NCBI RefSeq assembly: GCF_001194135.2
Contig: NC_068983.1
Coordinates: 54,113,048 to 54,177,047, forward strand
Direction of reading: 5' to 3'
DNA: 64,000 nucleotides
Origin: Octopus bimaculoides
Taxonomy: Eukaryota
Shown here: one piece after another, positions 1 through 12,084 of the stretch
Layout of the letters: the number at the start of each line of letters is the position of its first letter
How positions within the stretch are numbered: the stretch's first letter is position 1
The notes under the pieces: model-generated
Database searches by the model: none
The model's input: only the letters and a program-made list of their open reading frames with translations
What the model was told of the DNA's origin: nothing
Made by a program: the position numbers and the translations under genes

Positions 1-199
1 GAGACGCATCTTTGCTTCCACTGATTCACTTGCAAAGTGTTGAGTAAAATTATTTCGTTGCAGACCTCCTTTGGGTCTTTTTCTTATCACTGCGACACAC
101 ATAGTCCCCAGTTGGTAACATTGATTTCAAGGCCCTCCTAGATGAGAGACTGGCATTCCACTTAATGTCTATGTTCCATGCTGGCATGGATTGGAGAGT

Positions 200-316
200 T
201 ATTAATGTAGAAATATGGTATCGTAGCTACTAACAGTTGAGGGTTGCGTAGTCTAGACGGCGTTTTTAGATTTCATTATTCTCTTTAACCCGGGCAAAGC
301 CGGGTATTTCTGCTAG
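200..316 (+). mobile_element. Helitron 3' terminus (non-autonomous fragment)
   Basis: GC hairpin acccgg-gcaaag-ccgggt (288-305), followed 7 nt later by CTAG (313-316) and then T, the canonical Helitron 3' end. The 5' boundary is approximate. Confidence 0.65.
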
Positions 317-329
317 TATATAAATAAAT

Positions 330-549
330 GTATGTATATGCGTGTGTGTGTTTGTGTGTCTGTGTTTGTCCCTCCACCATCGCTTGACAATCGATGCTGG
401 TGGGTTTGTGTCCCCCATAACTTAGCAGTTCAGCAAAAAAGACGAATAAAATAAGTGCTAGGCTTACAAAGAATAAGTTCTGGGGGCGATTTCCTTGACT
501 AAAGGCAGTGCTCCAGCATGGCCACAGTCAAATGACTGAAACAAATAAA
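330..549 (+). mobile_element. SINE family A, 3' half
   Basis: Matches the body and tail of the family A copies elsewhere in the window (tttgtccc...ccagcatggccacagtcaaatgactgaaacaa). Confidence 0.8.
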
Positions 550-2130
550 CGAGTGTGTGTGTGTGAGGTAGACTTCTTTCAATTTCCGTCTACCAAATCC
601 ACTCAAAGGCTTTTGGTCAGCACTTATACATTTCTTCCATTAGTAACTAATTGTTCAGCCATCAGCTGAGTCCTTGGAGAAGAGCAATAATTACTTTACT
701 GTAAAGAAAGGAAATGCTTCCTTTATATAAGGATATAGTAAATTATATTCAACCAAGTGCAGGATTGAAAGTGTTTGAAGATGTTGCTGTCTCAGAAAAC
801 CTATATGACTAAGTATATGTGTGTGATATATGTATTATCTGTGTACACATTTTGCAGGAGTGGATATCATAGTTATAATTTACACATAAACTTGGATAAG
901 GCAAAATTTCAGAATTAACTTAGAAGAAAACATACCACACAACAGGAAGAAACCAAGGTTAAAATAGTGCGTGTCCCTCATCCAATTACTTGCTGGTGGG
1001 AAAGAGAAGTTAGATAACAAATCTTCTCTCAAGTTTCTTCGGATTTTCAGGTCAATATGAGCAATGTGTGTAAATAAAATCATTGTATCTATCTATCTCT
1101 AGATACACATGTGTGTGCAAATATGTATATGCGTACATTCAAATATACACATACACATAAATACATACACATTTACACACACATACACATGCTCATAGGC
1201 ACCCACACACATGTATATATCAAAAGTTGATGATGCATATGTTTATAATTAAACTTAGTCACCACAAATATCTTCCGAGTTAACAACGCTCCATCAATTT
1301 TAGAAATGTTGTCTTGTGATTACAACAAAATGGAAGTTATACAGCTGCAAAGACCACTTAAAAGAAATGTTAATTCTTTCATGTCAGTAGTTTCTGGCAG
1401 AACATGTAAATTCATGTAAATACTCGATACATATATAAAGTTTTCTAAATGTAAATTTTGTTATAAACGAGTTAATGTACAGGTTGGAGTTAGTTTCAAA
1501 TAATAAATAGAAAATATAATCAAAAAAAGATATCTCCCAGAGTTTTGGTTGGATTTTGCTACAAATGAAAGGTTTGTGTTGTACATGCTGGTGGATAAAT
1601 GTTTGTACCAATAATTGAGTAATATAAGTTTCTAGTTCAAAGTTAGTCTCATACTGTCTACTCATTATTTAGGATTAAACCATTTGATGATGAATGGAGA
1701 TCGAGGGATTTGTGTTGGACCCCCATAAAAATCAAGATGGTTTGCATCATACAAAAAGAATACAAATTAATGATGAGCACAAATTAAATAAGTTGGTGGA
1801 CTTGTAGCTTAGCACCTGGAGAGATAAGTCCGTGTTGACTGGTGTTGTGGGCTGCTGGACTAACAGTCCCATTAAGATGATTTTGGTTTGGTTTGGGCCA
1901 AACTTTGAGTGGTGGACGAAGTAGAATGAGATCAAGGCTGAGATTCTCATCCAAAAATAAACTAGAAGGAACCTGTCCTTGAAAGGTTATGATGGTGAAG
2001 GCAAACATTAGGCAAACACCTCTGTTATTTATTACCATTTGACTGCTGTATCTGGCCTCGTTTTATCATACCTATCACTTTAGTTTGTTACATATACACA
2101 TGTATCCCTTTAGTTCATTGCATACATAGA

Positions 2131-2460
2131 CACAGGGTTGGCTGTATGGTAAGAGCTTGCTTCCCAACCACATGGTTCTGGGTTCAGTCCCACTGTGTGG
2201 CACCTTGGACAAGTGTCTTCAACTATAGCCTTGAGTCAACCAAAGCCTTGAGTGGATTTGGTAGATGGAAACTGGGTGCTTGTGTTTATCCCCTCCACAC
2301 CACCACCACCACTTGAGAACCAGTGCTAGTGTGTTTATATCCCCATAACATTAGCAGTTCAGTGAAGTACTGGGGTCAATTCGTTTGACTAACAATTCTT
2401 CAATGCAGTGACCCAGTATGACCACAGGCTAGTGGCTGACACAGGTAAAAGATAAAAGAT
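2131..2460 (+). mobile_element. SINE family A (tRNA-derived head, CORE-like ccttgg[g/a]caag motif)
   Basis: A-box-like tggctgtatggtaa and B-box-like ggttcagtccc, then the family A body and a gactgaaacaagtaaaaga-type tail. Confidence 0.8.
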
Positions 2461-2759
2461 ACGCACTTGTCTCTTTGGTTCATTACATACACAACAACCA
2501 AGTACACTCTGTAAAGTGGTTGGCATTAGGAATGGCATCCAGCTGTAGAAACCATGCCAAAGCTGACATTGGAGCTTGATGCAGCCTTGCAGCTCACCAG
2601 GTCCTGTTAAACTTTCCAGTCAATGCTTGCATGGGAAATGGCTACTAAATAATGATGATTGCTATGTCTACTTCCATGATTCTTTTGGAAAAGATGTGTT
2701 TCAGTAATCAGATGGTTTATCTCCCACCAAAATCCTTTCTGTGGATGGCCTATTATGTT

Positions 2760-3780
2760 GTGGCTGATGAACCATAGGCATGTGCTGAGTTTGTGGAATA
2801 TTGAATTTGTTTTAGTACTTTGCATTCTAGATTCAAATTCTCCTCTAGTCATCTTTACTTTTCATCCTTCCAGGGGGCAATAAAGTACCAGTCAAGCCCT
2901 GGGGATCGATGTGATCAACCTACCCTGCTTTCCCCCAAATTGCTGACCTTGTACCCAAATTTGAAACCATAATTATTATTATTATTATTATTATTATTAA
3001 GGTGGCAAGCTGGCAGAATTGTTAGCATGCCATGTGAAATGCTTGGTGGTGTTTGGCCCATCTTTACATTCTGAGATCGACTTTGTTTTTTATCCTTTTG
3101 GGACACTGAAGTCGATGTAATAAACTTTCCCCTCCCCCGAAACTGTTGGCCTTGTGCCAAGAATTGAAACCATTATTATCAAAGTAGTAAACTGGCAGAT
3201 TCATTAGCACATTGGAAAAAAATACTTAGTGGAAATTCTCGTGGTTCAATGTTCTGAGTTCAAATCCTTTCAAGGTTTTTCATTTTTATGGGGCCATGAA
3301 AATAAGTACCAGTTAGGTACTGGAATTGATGTAATCACCTTGTCCCTCCCCCAAATTTCAGGCCTTGTGCCTATATTAGAAACATTAAGGTGGTAAGTTG
3401 GCAGTATTATTAGTGTGTCAGGGAAAATATTGGGTTGTCTGGAAAGTTCGTGCCAATTTATAGTAGCTTACCTTTCGACTTTGCCATGAAACCACCTCAA
3501 TTCTGGGAAGAGGGTATTTTCAAGTTAAAGGAAAGATGGAGATGCATTGTGCAACAAAATGGTTCATATTCGGTTGATTAAAAATGTAATGGCAAGTATT
3601 TATTGACCTTTTTTGTTCCTTTAAAAATCGGCACGAACTTTCGGGACAACCCAATATTTTGTAGAACTTCATGTGGTTTTTTACATTCTGAGTTCAAATC
3701 TTGTCAAGGTCATCTTTGCCATTCATTTTTTAAAGTCAATAAAATAAAATATCAGTCGAGAAGTGTTTCAATCCTATTAT
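2760..3780. mobile_element. Cluster of SINE family C copies (Nin/Deu-domain-like) in both orientations
   Basis: Repeated head aaggtggcaagctggcagaa, B-box gttcaaat, central tttcatccttt...gtaccag motif and (ATT)n tails. Confidence 0.75.
3430..3654 (+). mobile_element. Internally deleted mariner element inserted in a family C SINE
   Basis: About 30-bp TIRs (ttgggttgtc[tg/cc]gaaagttcgtgcc), flanked by TA at 3428-3429 and 3655-3656. The interior reads KPPQFWEEGIFKLKERWRCIVQQNGSYSVD*, a mariner transposase C-terminus. Confidence 0.85.
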
Positions 3781-4296
3781 ATTATTCTGCTTGTCCTAGC
3801 ATTTATGTGTTCAAGTGTTATCCTTTAAAAAAAACCTTAACAAGGCAAGTGTACGTCTAAGATGCCATTCCATTCCTCCATTAGAACTTAACATAATCAA
3901 ACTTAATTCAAATTTTCAACATAATCAATGTTATGAATATCTATAAATTTATCAAAATAGAAATGAAGAAATTTATAAAACTGGATTTTTAATGAGAAGC
4001 ACTAGTGATAATGAATGAAGTGACTGCAAAGATTCTTCAATGTAAAGTGAGATTATATTGCAACAATGCAATGTAATGAGGTGCTTTTCTCTTTCTATCT
4101 CAAAAATAATGCTCGAATGCTTAAAATAATCACTTTTATTGTTCTTTCCTCAACCTCTGGCCATGCTGAAGCACCTTCTCTAAATACACATTTTAGTTGC
4201 TTGTTAGTTAAAGACACATGGCTGAGTGGTTGGGATGTAGCTGTCATGATCATAAGATCTTGGTTCGGTTTCTGAACTGGGTGGCATATTGTATCT

Positions 4297-4505
4297 TTAA
4301 CCCTTTGATACCATCCTGCCTGAGATTGCCCTTGGACTATGGTACAAACGTTCTGTTTTAAAGTGGTCTAAGTTAAAAGCTTCCATCAAATGATCGTATT
4401 TATTTATGTTGCAGACACCAGCTTTATTGGATTCTTTGTTATTGTGAAAATGAATTGAAACAAAGGCAGCACATTTCAACAGAGAAATGGCAATAAGAGA
4501 GTTAA
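4297..4505. mobile_element. TTAA-flanked MITE (piggyBac-type) inserted in a family E SINE
   Basis: TTAA at 4297-4300 and 4502-4505 with imperfect TIRs (ccctttgatacc / rc ctctcttattgcc). Removing it restores the SINE motif tgt[g/a]tcttaagcaaggcact. Confidence 0.65.
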
Positions 4506-4569
4506 GCAAGGCACTGTATTTGACATTGCTTCTGTTTATTCAGATGGAAAAGAGTTCCAACTGACTTTT

Positions 4570-5013
4570 GGCACCTGTACCAGTGGAACGCTAACAGCAC
4601 CATCTGAGCATAATCATTGTCAGAGCAGCTGTTTGGCTTCCGTGCCAGTGGCCCGTAAATAGCACCATTTGAGCATGATCATTACCAGCGTCGCCTTATT
4701 GGCACTTGTGCCGGTGGCATGTGAAAATACATTCGAGTGGGATCGTTGCCAGTGCCGCTGGACTAGTTCCTGTGCAGGTGACACGTAAAATACACCATTT
4801 TGAGCGTGGCTGTTGCCAGTACCGCCTGACTGGCCTTCGTGCTGGTGGTGCGTAAAAGCACCCACTATTCTCTCAGAGTGGTTGGTGTTAGGAAGGGCAT
4901 CCGGCTGTAGAAATTCTGCCAAATCAGATTGGAGCCTGGTGCAGCCATCTGGTTTGCCAGTCCTCAGTCAAATCGTCCAACCCATGGAAGGACGTTAAAC
5001 GATGATGATGATG
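4570..5013 (+). mobile_element. SINE family B with (GAT)n tail
   Basis: Internal gtgcc[a/g]gtggcac repeats, central ggttggtgttaggaagggcatcc motif, ending aaacgatgatgatgatg. Many copies in the window. Confidence 0.85.
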
Positions 5014-5085
5014 AATTCTCTCTTTCTACTGAATCAATGATGAGGGAGCTAAGAGGGTGTCTAAGCCTGCCCACAACTATATAGA

Positions 5086-5256
5086 CAAGTGATTCTCAAC
5101 ACTTTTTCATATCAAGGCCAGAGCCAAAATCTGGGTTTCTTTTAGGCCATACAAAAGTAAAATGCAAAATTATATTTATAGATGGAAGATCAAGATCTGC
5201 AGGAAGGATGCTTGAAGGTTGCATGTGTCCTTGAGAGCCATGGATGAGAACCACTA
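5086..5256. mobile_element. Degenerate hAT-type MITE
   Basis: Ends caagtgattctcaac and tgagaaccacta resemble the CAGTGGTTCTCAA TIRs of the MITEs at 24161 and 31030. Confidence 0.4.
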
Positions 5257-5409
5257 ACACAGGGACTTAAAAAGCAATTGATAAAAGAATGATTCTTTCT
5301 ACCAAATCTTACTGACTTATGAGTGAGGGCTAAGTTTCCGCATGCTTGATTATTATTTAGTCTTGATCAACCAGCCAACCAAACTTATGATTAAAGACAT
5401 TCCAGTCAG

Positions 5410-5640
5410 ATTCCACTGGGCTGGACATGTCGCAAGGTTCACAGACATGTGCAGTTGCTGAATGGTATCCAAGACACTGGAAGAAGTCATTTGGAAAGCC
5501 TCCATAATGATAAGACAAATCTAATCGAGGAACTTGGGTCAAGATGAAAAAAAAATGGTCCAATCAAGACAGAATTAGAAGCGCATTATAACCAATGGTG
5601 TATAACATCTGTTGGCCCAGCCAATGCATCAAGGAGTACA
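5410..5640 (+). pseudogene. RTE-clade LINE remnant (C-terminal region)
   Basis: Reads FHWAGHVARFTD, then after a frameshift AVAEWYPRHWKKSFGKPP, matching the RTE WAGHVAR...W.P...R..GRP...W motif. Stops and frameshifts present. Confidence 0.7.
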
Positions 5641-6123
5641 TTATCCAATGTGCTTCCAATTTAAAACAGTAGGATGTGTTGAGAAGGATATTTGGCTGCT
5701 ATTTCTAGCAGACCATGTGTCTACATAAATGTTCTTTGTTGGCTTGTAATATAATTTCCCGATGATACAAACGTGGACAAAATGATACAAAATGTAGACT
5801 AAAAGCAGGTTTTTTTTTGTTAGTTATATCATCATATGAAGTAGACATTCTCTGTTTACTATACATAAATGTATGTGATTTAAGCATGTTGAAACATTAA
5901 TGTAAAATAGATATAATAAAAATCAAAAGTTTGAAACATAATATATGCAAAAAAAGCCAGGATTTTTATTGTAAGATCTTTGTAGTGTTACCAGCTGCTA
6001 TGCATTTGATAAACATTAAATAAAACACGTAATTTTCTATTTTATTGATATTTCTCTGACAGTAAAATAAAAAGCCTATAGTATCCTTGCAATTCAAGGT
6101 TACAAACTTCTCTCTTTCTCTCT

Positions 6124-6220
6124 CTATATGATTATGTGTGCATATATGTATACACATGCATATATATATGTACATACATGTAGACATGATTGTGCATGTG
6201 TATATATATATGTATATATG

Positions 6221-6251
<31 letters not shown>

Positions 6252-6258
6252 GTATGTA

Positions 6259-6319
<61 letters not shown>

Positions 6320-6501
6320 NNNNNNNNNNNNNNNNNNNNNNNNNNNNNNNNNNNNNNNNNNNNNNNNNNNNNNNNNNNNNNNNNNNNNNNNNNNNNNNNN
6401 NNNNNNNNNNNNNNNNNNNNNNNNNNNNNNNNNNNNNNNNNNNNNNNNNNNNNNNNNNNNNNNTATATATGTATATATGTATATATATATATGTATATAT
6501 G

Positions 6502-6532
<31 letters not shown>

Positions 6533-6780
6533 GTATGTATATATATATGTATGTATATATATATGTATGTATGTATATGTATGTATATATATGTATATAT
6601 GTATGTATATGTATGTATATATATATATATGTATATATGTATGTATATATATATATATGTATATATGTATGTATATATATATGTATATATGTATGTATAT
6701 ATATATATATATATAAATGTATATATATATATATATGTATGTATACACACACACGTGTGTATATGTATGTATACATGGTA
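6124..6780. repeat. (TA)n/(TATG)n microsatellite block spanning an assembly gap (N 6320-6463)
   Basis: Seen directly; it is the source of the YIYI/CVCV pseudo-ORFs. Confidence 0.95.
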
Positions 6781-7464
6781 ACACATGATGCGATATTTAG
6801 TCAGTCAGACTGAGGGTTACACCCAAAATTACGTCAATACATGAGACAGTTTACTTCACTGAGATTTGAATATAGATTATTTCATGAATGAATGGAATCA
6901 TCTCCTCTATTGTATATTTTAACTGATTCTATTCACCATAGCATATGTTAATGTTTGCTTATATTGATTTCTTCTGACTATGCATAAGGCTAATTTTTAT
7001 ATGGAAAGGAGGCTGGATACAGTCTATAGAATTTGAATCCAGCAAATTACTGTTACTTAAATTACCTTTGTCTACCCTCAACAAGATAAGAGACCATCAG
7101 GCAGACTTGACAAGCCATTTTAGATATTTCTTTGTTGTGAGGAAGAGAAAAGATTTCATGATTTAGGCAGGGACCTGTAGCAAGCTCATTTATTTTACTC
7201 TTTTGTGATTCTGAGCATATGTCTGTTACATAGACAAAGAAACAGCAAAATTGTTTGATAATTAGAGGAATTAGATTCTAATTACTGTGACTCATGTAAA
7301 TTCATTTTAAGGTTTATAATGAATATATTATGTTTAAATATAAATGTAACACTCAAAAGAGAAAAATCTGTTCTAGTAGGATTTGCCTCATGTTTTTAAA
7401 CAGAAGAAAAACAATTGTATTTGAAGCTTTTTAATCCTGTCTGCTACCATTTTTCTTCTGATTG

Positions 7465-7610
7465 TCCACATCCTCGACTGTATCATCTTTTTATGCCTGC
7501 CTTTCATGTTGGCATGAGTTTGATGGCTTGACTAGATCTGATGGGTCAGATGACTGCATCATATCCCATTCTCTTCTCTGGCATGGCTTCTATAGCTGGA
7601 TGCCCTTATT
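7465..7610 (-). mobile_element. SINE family B, 3' fragment
   Basis: ttttcatgttggcatgagttt...tttctatagctggatgccctt is the reverse of the family B tail. Confidence 0.65.
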
Positions 7611-7799
7611 AATGCCATCCATCAGCGGTGGCTTTATCTAGTATCTGAGAATTGAGTTTCTTCTTTTTCTGAATGCTTCCTTTATGGTAATGCTGTTGAT
7701 GACTCTGTAGACCAGAATTGATGGCATTGACTGCATGGCAATGTTGGTGAAGGATGAGGTTGATTTTGTTGAGCCCTTCTCTCCTGTCATCTGATTTCC

Positions 7800-8400
7800 T
7801 CCTTTTCTTTTCTGGTGGCTTTGAAGTTTTTGGTTTTGATGGTGATGGAACACTGCCACTTGGTACAGTTTCGGGCTTGTGTTTCAAACGATTTAAGATC
7901 AATCCCTGTGGCTTACAGTGTTGTTTAGAGTTGGTCCTTGTATCTTTGAAGAGGGTCTTTTTCCTGAAGTGAGTTCACTGAATAAGACTTGATGTAGGAA
8001 TCTTGACCTTTCCATTCTTGCTACATGTCCTGACCATTGAAGGTTAGTGTTTAGTGATCAGCAATTCGATACTTTGATTATTGGCTTTTTCCAGGACTTT
8101 GTTTTTAGTCACATAGTGTTCCCATTTGGTGCTCAAAACTGAATAAAACTTTTGTTATCTAGTCCAGGTTTCACAGCTGTATAGCAAGGTTGAGATGACA
8201 ACAGCATTATAAACCATAATTTTCGTTGTTAAGTTAAGATCCTTTGTTGTTAGAAATGTGTTTGGTTAACTTTCCAAATGCCCCATATGCAGCTCCAGTT
8301 TTGTGTTCCGCATCCTTTTCTGAGGGGCACTTGTTTGATAAAAACTTGCCTAGATACAGAAAATGTTCTACTTTACAGGCTAATAATGACTCAAACTGGC
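7800..8400 (-). pseudogene. RTE-clade (BovB-like) LINE remnant, RT C-terminus
   Basis: Reads KVEHFLYLGKFLSNKC...GAAYGAFGKLTKHISNNKG, then after frameshifts TTKIMVYNAVVISTLLYSCETWT and QRYKDQL...GID...W. Multiple stops. Confidence 0.85.
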
Positions 8401-8659
8401 TGAGAGAGTGGTTGTATCTGCCTGTAACTACATACTTATGCAAAGTTATTCTTGATTACAATTGATGGTTATAATCATTCAGGATTACATTGCTGAGTGA
8501 TTATTTAAATAGGAGAAACCAGACTTGTAATTTTAACATTTCTTTTTCTTTAGATAACAAACTGAGAAAAGGATACGAATAGTTTAAGTTGCAAGATGTT
8601 TTTTTATGCTGTGAGGAAGAAGTGGAACATTTTTGTACACTTGTCTTTTTTCTTCTTCA

Positions 8660-8724
<65 letters not shown>

Positions 8725-8745
8725 GGAGAGAGAGAGAGGGAGAGA
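8660..8745. repeat. (GA)n microsatellite
   Basis: Seen directly. Confidence 0.95.
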
Positions 8746-9569
8746 GGTAAAGGTATTAGCGTTAGAATTTGGGAAAATGCAAATGAGAAATGAGAGAGTA
8801 TCAAGAGGTAGATGTGAACTGAGAGGGAGAGGAAAGCTAGTCATGGTCATGAGGGAGACTGTTTGAATGGTATGATGTGAGAGGAAGAGAAATGTTAGGG
8901 TAGTGGATAAGACTGAGTAAGAAGATAGGGACAAAAAAGGATATAAACAGAGTAAGAAGACCACCCACTGGAAGGGAGTGGTCAGAACAATGGATTGGCA
9001 GAAAAAATATAAAAAGATTTGGAAAGTTGTGGGGGGGGGGGGGGGGNNNNNNNNNNAGAAAAAATATAAAAAGATTTGGAAAGTTGTGGGGGGGGGGGGG
9101 GGATGAAATTTTTGAGTGGTGCAGAGAATGGAGCAGAAAGCATAAGAATTGAGAACAGGTAGGGAAGAGGTATGAAGATAACAGAACAGTAAAGTGAGTG
9201 TATATGCATGCACTTTCTCCATGAGAACTGAAAGTATGTCTGTATACAAAGCAGTTGAAATAATTACTTTTTGACATTTTTTTGTAAGTTGAGATGAACT
9301 ACATATATAACTCTCTCTCTCCCTCCCCCTCTCACTCTCTCTCTTCTGTAGTGTCCTTTTCCTATTCTGGCAGAAAAAACAAAAATATTCTCAAGAATTT
9401 CTTTTTTGTTTGTTTGTTTAAACTAATAGGATAATTAAATTGTTAACTAAATTTCCAAGTTCTTTGAGGTTACTTATACATTGAGCACAGTGATACTTCT
9501 CTTTCACAGTGTCTTCCTCCATATTTTGGTGGCAGAAAAAAAAATCTGACATAACTTTTCATTTTCAAT

Positions 9570-9755
9570 CTCATGTTGGTGACATGTAAAAGGCACCCAG
9601 TACACTCTGTGAAGTGGTTGGCATTAGGAAAGGCATCCAGCTACAGAAACCATATCAAAACAATTGGAGCCTTATGCAGTTTTCCAGCTTGCCAGTCCCT
9701 GTCAAAACCGTCCAACCCATGTCAGCATGGAAAGTGGACAAATGATGATGATGAA
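9570..9755 (+). mobile_element. SINE family B, 3' half
   Basis: aaggcacccagtacactct...ggaagg[g]catccagct...atgatgatgatg. Confidence 0.75.
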
Positions 9756-9851
9756 GCCTAATGATAGTTTATTTTTTTTCCAAGTTCTTGTAGGACAATT
9801 ATGTTATTTTCCCAGGAATGTCTCTCAGATAAAGCCTATGAACCAGTGGAA

Positions 9852-10420
9852 AGGAGACAACTAAATGTGTTTGAGATGAGACGTTTGAGGACTACGGTTG
9901 GTGTGATATGGATGGACAGGATGAAGAATGAGGAGGTACGAAGGTGAGCAGGAATGGGAGAAAAACTAACAACCAAGTTGGATAGACGGATGTTGAGGTG
10001 GTTTGGCCACATGGAGAGGATGGATGAGGAGTGGATGGTAAGGATGGTGATGAAGGTAGAAGTGGTAGGCAGCAGAACCAGAGGCAGACCTCAGTTTGTG
10101 TGAATGGAAAGTGAGAGGAAAGCTTTGATGGTTAGAGGTGTTGGAGTGAGAAAGGCAAGAGAGTTTATAAAAGATAGGAAAGCTTGGAGAGTGTTTGTGG
10201 ATGGATAAGTGAATTTAATGTTGCTCAAATGGGTATGGAACCAGCATGATGCAGCTGGGGTAAATCAGCATATGCTGTTGGCCCTGCTGCTGATATTGGG
10301 GCTTGTGTTCTATGCCTTGATCCGAGCATAGGACAGGGCTCGCTTCTTTGAGCCAGGAAATGAATGGAATGCCTGGTGTATGTCTTGTTGTGGTTACCTC
10401 CTCCTAAAAATAATAGGAAA
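9852..10420 (+). pseudogene. RTE-clade LINE 3' fragment (ORF C-terminus to 10208 plus probable 3' UTR)
   Basis: Reads RRQLNVFEMRRLRTTVGVIWMDRMKNEEVRR*AG...RRMLRWFGHMERMDEEWMVRMVMKVEVVGSRTRGRP...DRKAWRVFV, with the RTE LRWFGH.ERM and RGRP motifs and two in-frame stops. Confidence 0.9.
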
Positions 10421-10514
10421 TAGGCCTGGGTATATGAATGTGATTGTTTAGTAAAATAAATTCTTGTAACACACCTGAATTGATTTTACTATTTTAGCAA
10501 GATTATACTTAATC

Positions 10515-10740
10515 AGTGCCATCATTTAACATCCTGTGTTCCATGCTGGTATGAAATGCGTTGGATGCTTTGACAGGATCTGAAGGTTCTGAAGACTGCC
10601 CTTGAACTCTGTCTACTTTGGCCTGGTTTCTCTTGCTGGATGCCCTTCCTAATGCAAACCACTTTACTGAATGTACTGGGTGCTTTCTTCATGACATCAA
10701 CACTAATGAGGTTGTCATGTAGCTTGTAAGACTAAAATGA
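10515..10740 (-). mobile_element. SINE family B
   Basis: catcatttaacatcc...ctggatgcccttcctaatgc. Confidence 0.7.
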
Positions 10741-11299
10741 GCAGGGATCCAGGAGTAAGAGGTGGCTAATGTTGTAGGATAAGAGGTTGAAGTAGAAGGG
10801 GCCAGAACAGAACATGTTCCTTGCTGTAGAGAACCTATCTTCCACCCAGATGTAAATGGATATATATCACAAAGCACAGAAATTCGATGCATATATATAC
10901 ATTAATTCGGGGCAAATTCATTAGCACAGTAGATAGAATGCTTTGCAGTATTTGGTTTGCAAAATTTTCAGTTCAAATCCTGCCAAGATCAACTTTACCT
11001 TTAATCTTTTCAGGGTCAATAGAGTAGTGGGTTGATTCTTTTGTATTTTGAACAGCTGTGTTCAGACCCGGAGAGGGATGGGCATTGCCAGATTTTAAGA
11101 ATGACTAAGACATGCTTTATATTGTGAAGTGAAAGCACCTCTATGATTCTTAAGTGGTTGAAGATCCAAGGACAAGAAAACACTCATGCCAAAGATTGTG
11201 GTAACCTCTACACAGTTACTTGATCCGCTAATAGTAACAATAGTTAAATCTCTTTCAAATCCCACCTATCTTTCCCCTCCACCCTACCCACCACTTCTT

Positions 11300-11635
11300 T
11301 GGCTGTGTGGTTAAGAAGCTTGCTTTACAACCTTGTGGTTTTGGGTCCTGTTCCACTGCAAGGCATCTTGAGTAAGTGTTTTCCACTATAGCACCAGGCT
11401 GACCAACTTTTTGTAAGTGAATTGGGTAGGCAGTGGAAGCTAGTCATATATATGCATGTGTCATCCCACTAGCAACCACTTGACAACTGGTGCTGGTTTG
11501 TTTACATCCCTATAACTTAGTTCAGCATAACAGACTGATAGAATAAGTATGAAACTTTAAAAATAAAAATAAGTACTTTAAAAACAAAAATTTGAGGTGG
11601 TGCCCCAGCATGGTCACAGTCCAAGGACTGTACTA
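11300..11635 (+). mobile_element. SINE family A
   Basis: tggctgtgtggttaagaagcttgc head through a ccccagcatggtcacagt tail. Confidence 0.8.
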
Positions 11636-12084
11636 AGATACATTGGATAGAAAGATATGACAGTTGTGATGAGAAAACTTTTGATCTATTGGTTTACTTG
11701 ATCAGAGATGATTGCTGAAAGTAGAAACTAAACAACAGCAAATGATTTTCATTATAAAAAGAAGATAAAGATAAATAAATAAGGCAAATGAACAATCTTT
11801 TAGTATTTTGAAATATTTAATAAAATTGTGATAAGTGAAACAAAAATTTCATGGGAAAAAAGAAAAAAAATTGAAATTAAAAAAAAAAACGTAATTTTCT
11901 TTGCCTCCCCAACCACCAAGTTGAATAAAACATAAAATTCTTTAGATGAAATTATTTCTGTTCCTTAATTTCAAATTATACAAGGAAGAAACAATGGATT
12001 AAGGAATGGAATTTTGGTAAACCATACAGAATAATATATATAAAAAAAAATAATAATAATGTTTAGGGTACAAACATTAAAGAA

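Noticed and set aside
1260-2040. Minus-strand ORFs with faint resemblance to a Penelope-like RT or a Helitron helicase end
   Set aside because: No contiguous diagnostic motif; I cannot assign it without BLASTX.
5966-6813. Long ORFs of 190-270 aa in several frames
   Set aside because: Translations of TA/TATG microsatellite across an N gap.
9000-9102. Exact 46-nt direct repeat ending in poly-G on both sides of a 10-N gap
   Set aside because: Typical unmerged contig overlap at a homopolymer; treated as an assembly artefact.
8584-9277. 221-aa and 146-aa minus-strand ORFs
   Set aside because: Low-complexity (GA)n and purine-rich sequence spanning the gap artefact, with no recognisable domain.
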